A stretch of 64,000 nt of DNA from Veleropilina oligotropha. Taxonomy: Eukaryota. The position numbers and the translations under genes were made by a program. The stretch spans positions 62,001-126,000 of the forward strand of contig JBEUKZ010000138.1 in the NCBI GenBank assembly GCA_048128005.1, written 5' to 3'. The notes beneath the pieces were generated by a model. It saw only the letters and a program-made list of their open reading frames with translations. It was not told where the DNA came from and did no database searches. Within the stretch, counting starts at the first letter, position 1. The number at the start of each line of letters is the position of its first letter. Of this stretch, positions 14,101-23,120 are shown in pieces.

Positions 14101-17100
14101 CGGACACAATCGACGCTTCGAGCTGATTGAAATGGTGAAAAGTAAGTCATTATCTTGTTTGGGTTGTTGTAAGGAACTTCTTACCCACCTATCCAAGGTT
14201 ATTCTGGCAAGAGTAAGGACGTAAGTAAGTTTGTAACTACATATGAGGTTTTTATTTAAACCTAATATTAGTTAAAACATACTTACGTCCTTACCATGAT
14301 TACCCACCCTGCGTTTCGCATTCCTCCCCTCTACTAAGTTCCTTTGGGGTTCTGAACTTTGAATTGAGGTCTTGTGATCTCGAGCTCGGATATCTCGCGA
14401 GACTTGGCGAGATCTCGCCGGGGGAACTTAGAGAGCGGGAGCAGGGGAGGTGATCGTGGTACGTTTTGACTTAATAAGTGCCTAAATGTGACTTTATTCA
14501 CTGTTTCCGGTTGGCGATAATATGACTATTATGGCAAGAGTAAGGACGTAAGTATGTTTTAACTAATATTAGGTTTAAATAAAAACCTCATATTTCCAAT
14601 AATTAATTTCGAAGCAGGACATGTCCATATTATCAAGGTCGACTGGAAAACCGCCCTCTGACCAGCTACGGACAACTGTGATTCATAACTTGAACAAATA
14701 ATGTCATGTCCCAACCAGGATTCGAACCCACTACTGTTCGCATCAGCGGAATCAAGCCAGTGATATTTTGGACTCTACACCCGAAACCACACGACTGTCG
14801 AAGTGGCTTCTTTTGGCATGGTCTGTGGTTTTGTGTTCAGGTTGACAGGGATTTCTCCTATACAATAACTGAAACCATTGCTAACAACAACGATAGTTGT
14901 TCAACGTATCATCCATACTAACAAAATAACAAAATTTCTTTTTACAGTGCACAAAGTTTAATAATGACGTGGAAGAACTTGAGGTTCTGTTTTGTGTATG
15001 CAATGACACTTAATTTAAAAATATATCTTCGCCATCATTCGGATGTACTGTTTGGGAAGGAGGCGAGTAGGCGATATGGACAGTTTGACCTGAAGAAGAT
15101 GTATGCCTCCACATCTTTAGTTGAAATCGATGAATGCTATTCCAGGTAAGGTTAGTCCGTTCCGGTAGCAGTGTGTTCTCCGCAACTGGTCGGAGAGAGC
15201 TGGTTTCCCCAGGTGACCAGGCATTCCTCCCGCGATACGGGCCGCTTCGGCAGCGCAGTGAGTAAGAGTGTCCACTCTAAATTCACTGGGTTGATTCCGC
15301 TAATGCGAACAGTGGTGGGTTCAATACCTGGCTACGGCATTGACATTTGTTCAAGTTATGAATCACAGTTGTCCGCGACTGGCCGAAGAGGGCGGGTTTA
15401 CCCAGGCGTCCGAGGTTTCCTCCCGCGATAACACGGACATGTCCTGCCTTGAACCTCGATGTTGTAAATATACAGGACATTAAGCATCATTCCTCCCTCC
15501 CTCCTCCCACGATACTAGGGACATTTTCTGGTTTAAACATGAAGGTTGTAAATATATACAGAGCATGTCAAATTTAGTGCCTTGTGAGTGGTCGTCAGAC
15601 ACTCCACCAAAGCTTTAGTTGGTCCCAGGTTTCAAAGCCAGCGTTGTCTCATTCTACTGCTTAAAATAGTGGAAGCATATGCGCTATATATTTTGGACCG
15701 ATCAGAGTGAGACCTTTAACCGGGTGTCTCAACTGTGATAAGGCTGAAAAATTGTCAAAAGTAGTCGTAAAACAAAGCGGCCAACCAACCAAGTTTTAAG
15801 TCTGCTAATTTGCATATAAAATCCTATTCAGCGACTTTTAAGAGTGATATATTAAGCCCCAAGTATAAGTGACTTATCAATGAAAGATTTGTTTGGATCG
15901 CCACTCAATGTCCTATTTTGACACCCTTCAGGGTCACGCCATATTATGGTGGGTTGAAAGCCTGGTCACCTGGGAAACTCACCCGTGGCCTGTCAGTAAA
16001 TGAATTTTAGTGACTTTTACGTTATTTCAATAAGGGCACGGATAATATCTATTGTAAGGATTGCCCTGAATGCACATTCAAATATTTTTCCTGTGCCTTT
16101 TATAGATTCTTTGTTACAAGGCGATAATTCATCATTTAGCGAAGACCCACTTACGCATCTGCCTTTAATGTTAATGGACATAATTTATAACAAGTTTGAA
16201 CGACCGTATCTGATTGGTTGAAGTTTATGCATTTTCTGGATTTCTTATTTCAGAAGGCGTGCAGGGTTTTCCAGTGTGCAAGAATACTACAATTGGTGTA
16301 GCAGCTGTCGCTTCATTAAAAATGTGAGTTGCATCCATATTGTGTCCACATTTATGTTATTTCGTGGAATTTGTCATATAGGCAGATGACTAAATATTGT
16401 AAAACCCTGGTTAAAATTTTATGCTTGAAAAGGTGTGTTCAGTATTGTGTGAAGGCAATGCAAGCTATAAGTCACAATAACAGTATAAAACTGAATATGG
16501 TTAAGGGGGTGAGAGGGGTTGTTTGCTGGATATTCTGGGGGTCTCCTCCCATTATAAGAGATGTAGTATAATTGTGTGAATATGAGCATGAAAGTATATG
16601 ACTATAAAGCACAATTCACATCAATTGCCTTCTTGCCAGATGATATATTTATAGCCCTGTGGTATTTCTAGTAACTATATATCTGTGAGATTTTAAACTA
16701 TTCACTTGCGAGTCTTTTCCTGCAGATCACCATTCCATTGTTTATCCTGAATGCCCTTGATGATCCTATCATTCCAGAAGAACTATTCAAGACTCCAAAA
16801 GAATATGCAAGTGAGAATCTATTTAGCATTCATAACTAGCATATTGAGCCAGCATATTACCTGACAGTGTATATTTTTTATACTTCATAGCTATGTATTT
16901 TGCAGAAATAATCGTGTCGATCGACTTCAAATAATGAAAGAAATTGATGCTATGAGCAATGGAAGCATCATGAAATTAAATGCAGGACTATATAAAGCAA
17001 ATTAATATTTACATGATAAGCAGATGTAAAGAATTATTCATTTGAAGAAAAACAATTTATTGAAACATTCTGCATGAACACTTGTATATATGTTCAAGTG

Positions 17101-17308
17101 CAATTTAAATGAACATTAATTACCTTATATATTTGCAGATGAATCAGAAAAAGCCATCTTTGCAGTCACCAAACATGGCGGCCATCTTGGATATTTTGAA
17201 GGTGGTTTCTTTATACCGCATCCTGTAACCTGGCTCGACCGAGTGATCGTGCAATATGCTGATGCGGTGGTCACAGTAACCGGCGAGATGGAATCCAAGT
17301 CTCGGTGA
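1973..17308 (+). CDS. ABHD2: ABHD2-like alpha/beta hydrolase (monoacylglycerol lipase family), 8 coding exons: 1973-2124, 3932-4107, 4334-4501, 6577-6758, 14948-15145, 16254-16323, 16726-16810, 17139-17308
   Basis: Manual splicing at GT-AG sites with consistent phases gives one continuous protein: N-terminal hydrophobic anchor, LWGKNGHIQT, CPGLANSSE, LNHLG..TAPRMFTYG, nucleophile GFSMG, NALDDP (catalytic Asp), HGGHLG (catalytic His); collinear with vertebrate ABHD2 as recalled. Confidence 0.92.
3159..3425 (+). mobile_element. tRNA-derived SINE, older subfamily
   Basis: B-box gggttcgagtc, central tttctccgggcgaccggg..ctcctcccgcgat, tail aaatatacaggacattaagcatc; about ten related copies in window. 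Confidence 0.85.
3932..4107 (+). CDS. ABHD2: ABHD2 exon 2 (YIPTFLWGKNGHIQTVVYGKLGRVKSP...DGATLTYDVFEP)
   Basis: cag/gtaagt boundaries, phase-compatible, conserved GHIQT motif. Confidence 0.92.
4334..4501 (+). CDS. ABHD2: ABHD2 exon 3 (DITMLVCPGLANSSESTYICTFVDYAQ...PRMFTYG)
   Basis: ORF 4300..4515; tag/gtaag boundaries. Confidence 0.93.
4850..5345 (-). mobile_element. 5'-truncated LINE (CR1/L2 group) 3' end
   Basis: ORF 5070..5378 PKPKTDSLKRTFIYSGATLWNNLP..FKK is typical of a LINE ORF2 C-terminus; followed by 3'UTR, AATAAA and (TTA)n tail. Confidence 0.75.
5552..6368 (+). mobile_element. HINE/Helentron-associated element
   Basis: 5' hairpin aaccccagct..agctggggtt, (GGGC)n microsatellite, internal duplicated unit with tgacctttgacc, 3' subterminal repeat gctggggtt plus hairpin gatagcc-gggc-ggctgtc. 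Confidence 0.7.
6577..6758 (+). CDS. ABHD2: ABHD2 exon 4 with catalytic Ser (VGFSMGANIIIKYLGE...VSVCQGYD)
   Basis: GxSxG motif; ccag/gtaag boundaries. Confidence 0.93.
7189..7388 (+). repeat. DIRS left inverted terminal repeat
   Basis: Reverse complement of 14355-14554 with no mismatch found by eye. Confidence 0.93.
8151..10424 (+). CDS. DIRS ORF1, Gag-like
   Basis: Long ORF from ATG 8151; N-terminal Cys/His cluster CSSSGC..HTEC.IH..C....CDLC, Ser/Pro-rich middle, C-terminal LLLRRDA..L...P.....LFG block and basic tail typical of DIRS1 Gag. Confidence 0.85.
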   Translation: MVRCSSSGCNQKIHGFDKHTECRIHRTCSLKLQCDLCLLLSDKQWAVLSHQGKSTRATATVGPPPEKGQEETGKLTSSLRGSVRDNVSSLSTSGTLDDSRHKGPPVAGSTGETSATLGGVTETLPGPQIQVTARVPTVPPQPGLVAAANHTLPASKVYLAAQRTAEQGRHSPSFSSTSKNKGTVSPSAGNSPFNDGGRPNEKAFKEAGHLFEGLRSGQSATPESSIETDATAPKGFPLNLEAHETFRGPVLSRAPTMVTLEKLDRPAAFGTGFYGGFPTVPRSNRVVDRSELLPQFYRSSGPLTAPSGQPFGFDHSTSALGPWSSAPPVYAARLPSATVSSTELPAVSSTPVLPQGFSLENVQAWIAAGIEERCKAWPTAPQPRLVPTHLPMAQSTAPASVMEIDPRSDEDLGSLHSDLPESVGPEDVSLSGTQEPTSSTRRRLDAVASLRGVLGLPEPTRSAVGVVKHRTAAHRFVEREAPELPSLPQSGLVDLVVDSTTKLIQGRNPVESSPLTEFPSGFRSGRYLRASSRAIPFACTGPCLATEPAHVDASLRRLTASHTPSVAKVPWSALEAFESAARRALRLSSVHDFFLDGAIAVLQDDGPGACEAALSFLQEVAAAQETSALETGRVLGNALLLRRDACLEGTSLDEATRRSLRCVPCSATTLFGDNFSEFVDKRAADMKDRVIEKAVLHPVRGPPADSRKRSGPTRAPKPSKRAKPSSGGRPPANKPTPKRQAPPAKSRKQSGRGKPRP
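10210..12498 (+). pseudogene. DIRS pol frame: reverse transcriptase, RNase H and Dam-like methyltransferase domain, with in-frame stops at 11320-11322 (TGA) and 12004-12006 (TAA)
   Basis: ORFs 10216..11322, 11383..12006 and 12079..12498 share one frame. RT: FLVPKPDG.WRPILDL, IDLTDAYLH, LPFGLSSAP, YLDD. RNase H: FTDAS..GWG, HINFLELEAV, TDNTTVVAYI..QGG, NVRADSLSR. MT: VDLFA, AVDAL...W, YAFHP, IAP..W. Confidence 0.92.
10476..13409 (+). CDS. DIRS tyrosine recombinase ORF; N-terminal part overlaps pol in another frame
   Basis: C-terminal ~350 aa: core-binding domain (STTKVYDYRW..YVDWC), catalytic R (ASGRRCSEI), CPVRAL..Y, HEVR (HxxR), GYW, FVKHY; true start uncertain. Confidence 0.92.
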   Translation: MSVSIQPVVARANRQQLGPLSRECRIQVGIQPASDLNRGTTTKTRSPPKRRETSGLRPGSAGFAPQRSDISRAAQHTRILQPFLPGPETRWPLATDPRSLVSQPISSYREIPARNPLEDSSGHPSGRLGSVYRSDRRVSACPDACHGSSVPSVYTRGDDLSIQVPTVRSIVSPLRLHENSTGPRGLPTLSRAQGTYVPRRLADPRGVPGSVPPVYELYPVIDEAPGISDQRDKILLRALDDVYVPRSRLRYGPVHREADPEAYAEPTRGYPRHPVIGHNYGVTTGHCPGAHRVGSDPATDGSHGQTTVTTGVQGSLDTTDGAVDGSHRSTALVYQHNSSVVEPCFAGPVGSYIPARAERLPVHRRFERRLGWSPRQLRDIRPMADGPSGTTYQLPRARSRLPVSTVPLVTSPQQAHNARHGQHDCRRLHPAPGRHSLASPLRPSNRPTPPSDVPQLDDSSPTHPGKAECQSGFALSEITDNTHRVDATQPSSSGRLPPVVATPSRSVCNIIQLPTTSVCLPVPGPGRPSGRRTVNDMGESVRVCLPPVVHSDTGITEGIERTLQDNANRAPVSHATLVSDPPRSDRRSTVSAPAETGPVNADAHPCTTSIAERLTFTRLAVIERSLAKKGFSHATALRIYRSRRLSTTKVYDYRWVKYVDWCHSRQVNILRPPVNKFIEFLSSLFDRGMSVSAVKGYRATIATTLKQCRAHVGLSSDRTISDFIRSYELEMPTRTIRPPAWNIVLILNALHLPPYEPMSTVSMRNLTHKTVFLIALASGRRCSEIHSLSAELRDIRFQSDGSVMLRPILGFLAKNQRPNEDAPDIIIPKLTLVGRHDEDRLNCPVRALRFYLDRTRDLRQGKLRLFISYLPSFTHDITKPTVSRWISQVVRDVYSRCEEVDRTILSVRAHEVRAIAASIAFRHNLNITALLQAGYWKNANVFVKHYLRDYSTGADGLSTLQCVAAQRCIVRPRSSNQ
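14205..14294 (+). repeat. DIRS internal complementary region (ICR)
   Basis: tggcaagag...ctacATAT is the reverse complement of the left terminus (7172-7211); ATATgagg...cgtccttac is the reverse complement of the right terminus (14540-14593). Confidence 0.93.
14355..14593 (+). repeat. DIRS right ITR (14355-14554) plus right extension (14555-14593)
   Basis: Inverted match to left ITR; extension matches only the ICR. Confidence 0.93.
14594..14810 (-). mobile_element. tRNA-derived SINE interrupted by the DIRS; its tail continues at ~7155-7171
   Basis: gcaggacatgtccatattatc..acggacaactgtgattcataacttgaac..ttcgaacccactactgttcgc matches other minus-strand SINE copies. Confidence 0.85.
14948..15145 (+). 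CDS. ABHD2: ABHD2 exon 5 (AQSLIMTWKNLRFCFVYAMT...YASTSLVEIDECYS)
   Basis: acag/gtaag boundaries, phase fits exon 4. Confidence 0.9.
15239..15501 (+). mobile_element. Young-subfamily SINE nested in an older SINE fragment (~15170-15560)
   Basis: Near-identical to 26922-27181 and 62751-62998; flanked by tcctcccgcgatac / tcctcccacgatac. Confidence 0.85.
16254..16323 (+). CDS. ABHD2: ABHD2 exon 6 (RRAGFSSVQEYYNWCSSCRFIKN)
   Basis: cag/gtgagt boundaries; G..S..EYY motif. Confidence 0.9.
16726..16810 (+). CDS. ABHD2: ABHD2 exon 7 (ITIPLFILNALDDPIIPEELFKTPKEYA)
   Basis: NAxDDP catalytic Asp motif; cag/gtgag. Confidence 0.92.
17139..17308 (+). CDS. ABHD2: ABHD2 last exon (HGGHLGYFEGG..P.TWLDRVIVQYADA..stop)
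   Basis: Catalytic His motif; TGA at 17306-17308. Confidence 0.93.
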
Positions 17309-17861
17309 TTGACGTACATTCCTATTTCCTCTTTTATATCTATTAAGCAAATTGTGATGTGCAATATTAATGTGCAATGTGTTTTGGAAAAATATTTCAT
17401 ATTTATTTATTTAACATAATAATTACGTGATAATGGTACAAATATGTGGGCATAAAACGACAAAACTTTTCATTTAAGTATGTTTCCATTACAGAATTAC
17501 TGTCAATAATATGAATATTAATATATTTCTCTTGAAAGAGGCACTCTGTTCTTGTTGCCTAATCGGAGAATTCCTCATTTAGACCACTCTGCGCACACTG
17601 CTTCATTATTTAACTGCTGATTTCCCCGTTTAGACAACAACCTCATTGTATATAAACCAGTACATAATGTAGCCGGATTAGAAAAGACATTATTTAATTG
17701 ATAACAGTGACACAGGAAGTGATATTCCCATGTATATGAACTTACATGTAGTTATGAAAGTTGTTTCTGTCGTTATTGTGTGTTAGAGTAAAAACTTGCA
17801 TGTTTAATCAAATTTAATGTCTGTTAGATGTGTAATTTATATGTATATAGTGATATCTAGA

Positions 17862-18483
17862 CCGTATTCGACCGTTTAAGCGCACATACCCTATTAAGCG
17901 CACACCCCCTTTTCTCATGTCAAGATATGTTTATAAATGTGAAATCCATGAACAACCGAGTGAAATTCAAAGGTACTCTCAGCGGTTTCAGCTGGATTTG
18001 CCGTCACCATGCTTTTCTGCAATACGGAAACGAGGTTACAGTGACGTCAAATGGATAGGGACCAGTCATTTAATGCTTGAAGGGATACCTACGGTATTCC
18101 TAGTCCTATTATAGGATAGTTTTAAAAAATGAACGGTCCCTGTAGTCTTAGTAAATCACGTGACATTGATATTGATATTGATTTTGTTCGTTGGAGGCTT
18201 CCACAGCAAGTAAGACTGTTTTAACTGCTGATAAGATTGTTTTTATGTTTAGTAATAATGTTTACAAACGATTTACCATAGATAGTAGTTCTTGTCAGAA
18301 TAAATTGGTGTTATTTTACGTCGCAGATGTTTTTTGTCGTTGCAAAGTGCCGTTCGAAACTGACGTCAGGAGGAAAGCGGAGATTTTTTTACTTCTGCCT
18401 TGACATGTGTGCTTAAACGAACGACAGATTTATAGGACATTTAATTTTTTTACCGCACTGTGCACTTAAACGGTCGAATACGG
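17862..18483. mobile_element. MITE, Tc1/mariner-pogo-like
   Basis: TIRs ccgtattcgaccgtttaagcgcaca / tgtgcacttaaacggtcgaatacgg; TA on right flank only. Confidence 0.7.
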
Positions 18484-20537
18484 TAGTCATGCCACCATAA
18501 CTATTAGCGTGCGCAGACATATGGATTCATGGTGAGGACTTTGTTAACACTTTTTCTGCTAAATTTATATTGCCTGTTGAAAGATTATAAATTATATGCA
18601 CCAGATATTATTATAATCAAATTGAAATCATGTCTGTTTATTGTTTTACGATCCAGGTTTACTTATTGCCAGCCAGTATATTGGTTCTATCTGTTTGTTT
18701 TTATACATATCTAAGAACTATGGGTCTTGTTTCGAATTGTATTCCCGCACACCTAAGAATAGACTGATCCCATTTTTTACTAGTGCTGGAAAATACTCCC
18801 CGGAACACTATATTCCTATGCACGTTGCATGCACTGTTTGTAAACACGTCACTTCATGCACATATTGTCGGTGTGATACGTAGTTCAGGTATCTTACTCT
18901 ATATCTTATGAGTTTACATATTACACATCTTGTTGACTTTTACAATTATTAATATTTAAAAATACTAATGAATATGAATAAATATGCATTCCATTAATTC
19001 ATACATGTGATAAACCCAAAACAGCATTCCAGGAGGTTGGGGTCAATATTCCAGAATATTGGGGCCAAATTCCAGTAGTATTTTTATTGACGTTTTTTAT
19101 CATCGATTACGTCATATACTTTTAATTATTTGCATAAAAAGACATTTATAGAAATAGTAATTTTATACAATCAAAACAAGAATAACATTGAGTTTTATAA
19201 AAAAAATACCACAATAAATAATTTAACTTTTCATATCAATATTAATATGTTGATATTGCTACAATAAATTTATTCCTAACAATAAATGCACTATCATATT
19301 TATATGGTCAATCAATATAAAATATGTGGTTATAACTAAGTCCATCCATACTTTACTTTCAACAAAATATATAACTTGTCAATCTCCTATCTACATGACA
19401 ACTTTCAAGTACTTGGAAACTGTTGATCCGGGTTTTATCTTATCAGTACTAGTAATTGCAAAGTCAATCCATAATATACTTTCAATTGAACATAACTACA
19501 AGTTGTTGGAAACTGTTGATCCAGTCTTTATCTTCATATATCCATCCGTATTTTACTACATGTATTGGTTTAGTAAATGCACATGGTGCATCCGGTGAAG
19601 TTTTGCGGACTAATTTCGGTAGTTTCATATCACTTCTTGCTGGTATAACATTTGAAATGTCATTTATACGAATATATGGCATTCATAGGACAGAAATAAC
19701 TGATATTGGAACAGTAATTAGGTTACGGTATCAATCAGGACGAACAATGCCCATTCAAATAACCCTTGAACCATGAAAGGTAGCAATAATGCGCTTGGCA
19801 CAGAAAACAAACAATCGCGGTGACATGGATAAAATTCAGATATAGTACAATGCATAGAGTTCTCTTGTTAATTACATTGCAAGAAAATAATATTGTGGCA
19901 ATAAACTTTACTGGATAGTTAAACTCTGAAAGATTCTCTGATTTCGTGAGATTTATGTAATTTCGGGAGACTCCAGGAGTAGGCCATTTCTGGAGAATTT
20001 TACTCCCGGTCGGAGGTATCACCTATGCATGTATGCAAAATTAAGGAAGTATTTTTGATTGCGTCAGAATAACTGACCACCACTGAGTGATTGCGCTACT
20101 TGAATATGCAAGGCAAACAAATATGGAAATCATTTTTTTAAAGCCCCACATTTGAGGTCCATATAGGGAATTATCACATGACACAGCTGTTATGGAACTG
20201 TTCAACCCGTTCCATAAATTTCAATACAAAAGACACGTCCCATAGGTATGCAAATGAGGACGTACATGACGGCCGATCATCGCATCTGGCGCCAAGTTGA
20301 TTAGGCGGCAAATCACCCTCATTAACATAATTAATAATTCATACGTGTTCACTCGTTGATTACGGACGTTGAACTATTTGTTATTGGCGTGGCGCGTGCT
20401 GTCGAGGCGTGAAGCGTCTGGCTCAGGCCGTTTAATGACTGAAATTAATGACAGAAATTAGTTTCAAAACGTAAAGAAATGTGTTTAAAAACGCAATAAA
20501 ATAAGTTTAAAGGTAAATAAAGTCATGTGATAAAGAA

Positions 20538-20675
20538 GATATGAAACTTGTGTCCATTTCATATGAGAATTATGAAACTCGTCAGCAAATTTATGTACCT
20601 CGCCAAGGCTCGGTACATAAATTGTGCCGGACTCGTTTCATAATTCTCATATGGAATGGACACTCGTTCGATATC
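20538..20675. repeat. Long imperfect palindrome with CTCG/CTCG internal loops
   Basis: Arms tgtccatttcatatgagaattatgaaa / tttcataattctcatatggaatggaca and aatttatgtac / gtacataaatt. Confidence 0.85.
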
Positions 20676-21888
20676 CTCTATATATCATTCGAAGGTGGGA
20701 TGGTGCAACATTTCAATTCGATTTGTTGAACCATCCCGCTCTCGTCTGATATTTCTCTATCTGGATCTCAAGCTGGTGCTTTATTCTATTATTAATACGA
20801 ATTATACGGCATGCGTCTTTTATCATTGCGGCATTTGTCTTGTTGGAATTATGATCATGTCAAGGGACACTCTTTTTACAGCTGTGTTTGCTAAACGGAT
20901 GATAATGTCTTCAGTGAACTTTAATTTCATACGAAACTAGCTGGTGAATTTGAGTTTTATCTGTTGCTGTTGAAGGTAAATATGTGGGTTTAATTTCTTA
21001 TCCATGTGCAGAAGTAACTGCTGATTATATAATGGTGTTTAAGTTTTATATGTAATGTTTCTGTTTCTTTGAGTCAACTGTTACTAATGATTAATTTATT
21101 ATCGTTTCTTATTTAAATAATCTACACCTTGTTATTTAAATTAATTTTGTTAATGATTATTTTGTATTTTAATGATTCATAATTATTTGAGTACAGTATG
21201 TATTTTTAGTGAGCGACATTTTTGTCACTGCATATTGTCACAATATATGTAATAACAGTATTTATTATAAAATTTATAGAATGTATATTAATTGTTGTCT
21301 TTTATGATGAAAAATTATGTGATAACAACTTTTATTATATGCCTGTCGTTTTCTCACTCCTTTTCACGTGCAGCTTTCCGAGACCCTGTATCACGCACAC
21401 AGCTGATATGGATTCGGAAAACGTGTCCTTCTTATATATTCAAAATGGCTGCCAAATCATAGGAACTACTTCCAAGTCATTATGGAAAAACATGTCTTAG
21501 TTTTTACCGCATATATCGAAGTAACAGATCTTGAAGATTAAATTATATTATTGCTATTACATAAAAATGAATTGGCATTAAAAAATACAGAAATGCATCT
21601 GGCAAATAGTGTAAAACTCAGAAGGCAGAATATTATTTCTTATTTTACGCCAACTCGCAATGTCAATTTTTTGAGAACCTTTCAAACATTCCTTATGAGG
21701 TGACGTCGTATTAGTATACATAGTGATGTGACGTCAAATGCATAGGTACATGATGTATTTATGTGCTGATTCGCGTTGTTGAATAATCCTAAACTATTTC
21801 AACCTCCCTTACAGATTCAGGACTAAAATTACCATAATCTTTCGTTTCAATTTAATAAGAAACTTAATTGCTGTGGCATATAATACAA

Positions 21889-22058
21889 ATGTTATCAGCA
21901 ATTATGTGAATTCTGGCACGTCGGAAACCTCTCGTGAGTTCGGAATTTTTACGGTGAATTAATCACTCGAATTTTGTTCTCGTGATTAATTCGCAGCAAA
22001 AAGTTCGAACTCACTCGAGGTTTCCGACTTGCCAGAATCCACACAATACTGATAACAT
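21889..22058. repeat. Long imperfect palindrome with CTCG/CTCG internal loops
   Basis: Arms gttatcag..ttctggca.gtcggaaacct / aggtttccgac.tgccagaa..ctgataac and gaattaatca / tgattaattc. Confidence 0.85.
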
Positions 22059-22677
22059 CATTGTATGTATGGCAATGTGTATGTGACCATGTAAATGGGT
22101 TGGTGAATGGGGCACGTACCCTTTTTCATAAGTGGTGAGATTCCTACCCTGCGATTAATGTTCAATTTCACATTTTTATGCCACGGGAATATTGCTTTTA
22201 CTCTGTTAATCGTTCGCAATTTTGTTTCAAAATGTTTGGATGTAGGTTTACATTAATTTATTGATTATTGGCTTTCATGTCCTATATTTAAAAATATATT
22301 TTCTTTTATTTCAAAATTACGAATTTGAACAACTAGCCAGGGTGGATATTGTCATGAAAAATGATGAATCAAGTTTTTGAATGAATGTGTCTACATGTAT
22401 TTATTTTATCCATGAACAAGAGACGCTCTACGTCAACAGTTCTAATACTGTTTTCTCCAAATTTATTGATACATTGGTTATAACGAGGTCATGGCCCCGA
22501 ACAATTTTTAGTCCGTATGAACCAGAGTTATGGCCCTTGAAATATGGTAAATTGTCACTTTCACACGAAAGCTTAAACAATTTTCATTTATTTTTAGCAA
22601 ACTTGATAGGGATGTTCGCGGCAATTAAATCTATGACAAGTGCGATAACCACCTTGATCGGATCATTAGAAACGGAG

Positions 22678-23120
22678 TTATTACCTTCGCCCACGTTGTG
22701 GTGGGAGGTATTGCAATCGGGTCGGTTTGTCTGTCTGGGTGTCTGTCTGTCCGCAAGCATATCTGGACAACCGGTCCTCCTCAAAGATGGTCGGAATCGG
22801 AAAGAGGACCCGGATTTTATGATGCAATTTCGTAATTACCGGTTCGCGAATTGTTTGTCCGCGAGCATATCTCAACAACCATTGATCCTATTTACTCAAT
22901 TTTTTGACACTAGATAGAATCCATCCTAGGGTCGGTCCTCCTCGAAGATGGTTCGGATTGTGATCCGGGTCCGGATTTTATGACGCAATTTCCGGTATAC
23001 AGATTTTCGGCTGTACAAACTTCAAATAAGGCTTAAAATGTTCTTAAGACCTGGGGCCAGTGATAACATGAAATATATAGAATCTACATCACACAAGATG
23101 GCCGCCAGGGAAAATTAAAA
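22678..23120 (+). mobile_element. HINE-like element, right boundary uncertain
   Basis: ttattaccttcgcccac..gtgggaggtattg hairpin followed by (GTCT)n; related in reverse to 49900-50060. Confidence 0.55.

Larger units (their letters stand above)
7172..14593 (+). mobile_element. Full-length DIRS1-like tyrosine-recombinase retrotransposon
   Basis: 200-bp ITRs, ICR complementary to both termini, Gag, RT/RNaseH/MT and YR ORFs, ATAT at both ends, GC/CpG-rich body in AT-rich host DNA. Confidence 0.96.

Noticed and set aside
14105..14160. Hammerhead ribozyme-like ctgattga..gaaa in the DIRS 3' region
   Set aside because: Core deviates from CUGANGA and no convincing stems I and III
15239..15340. tRNA gene
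   Set aside because: A/B boxes are present but it is the head of a multi-copy SINE with no full cloverleaf
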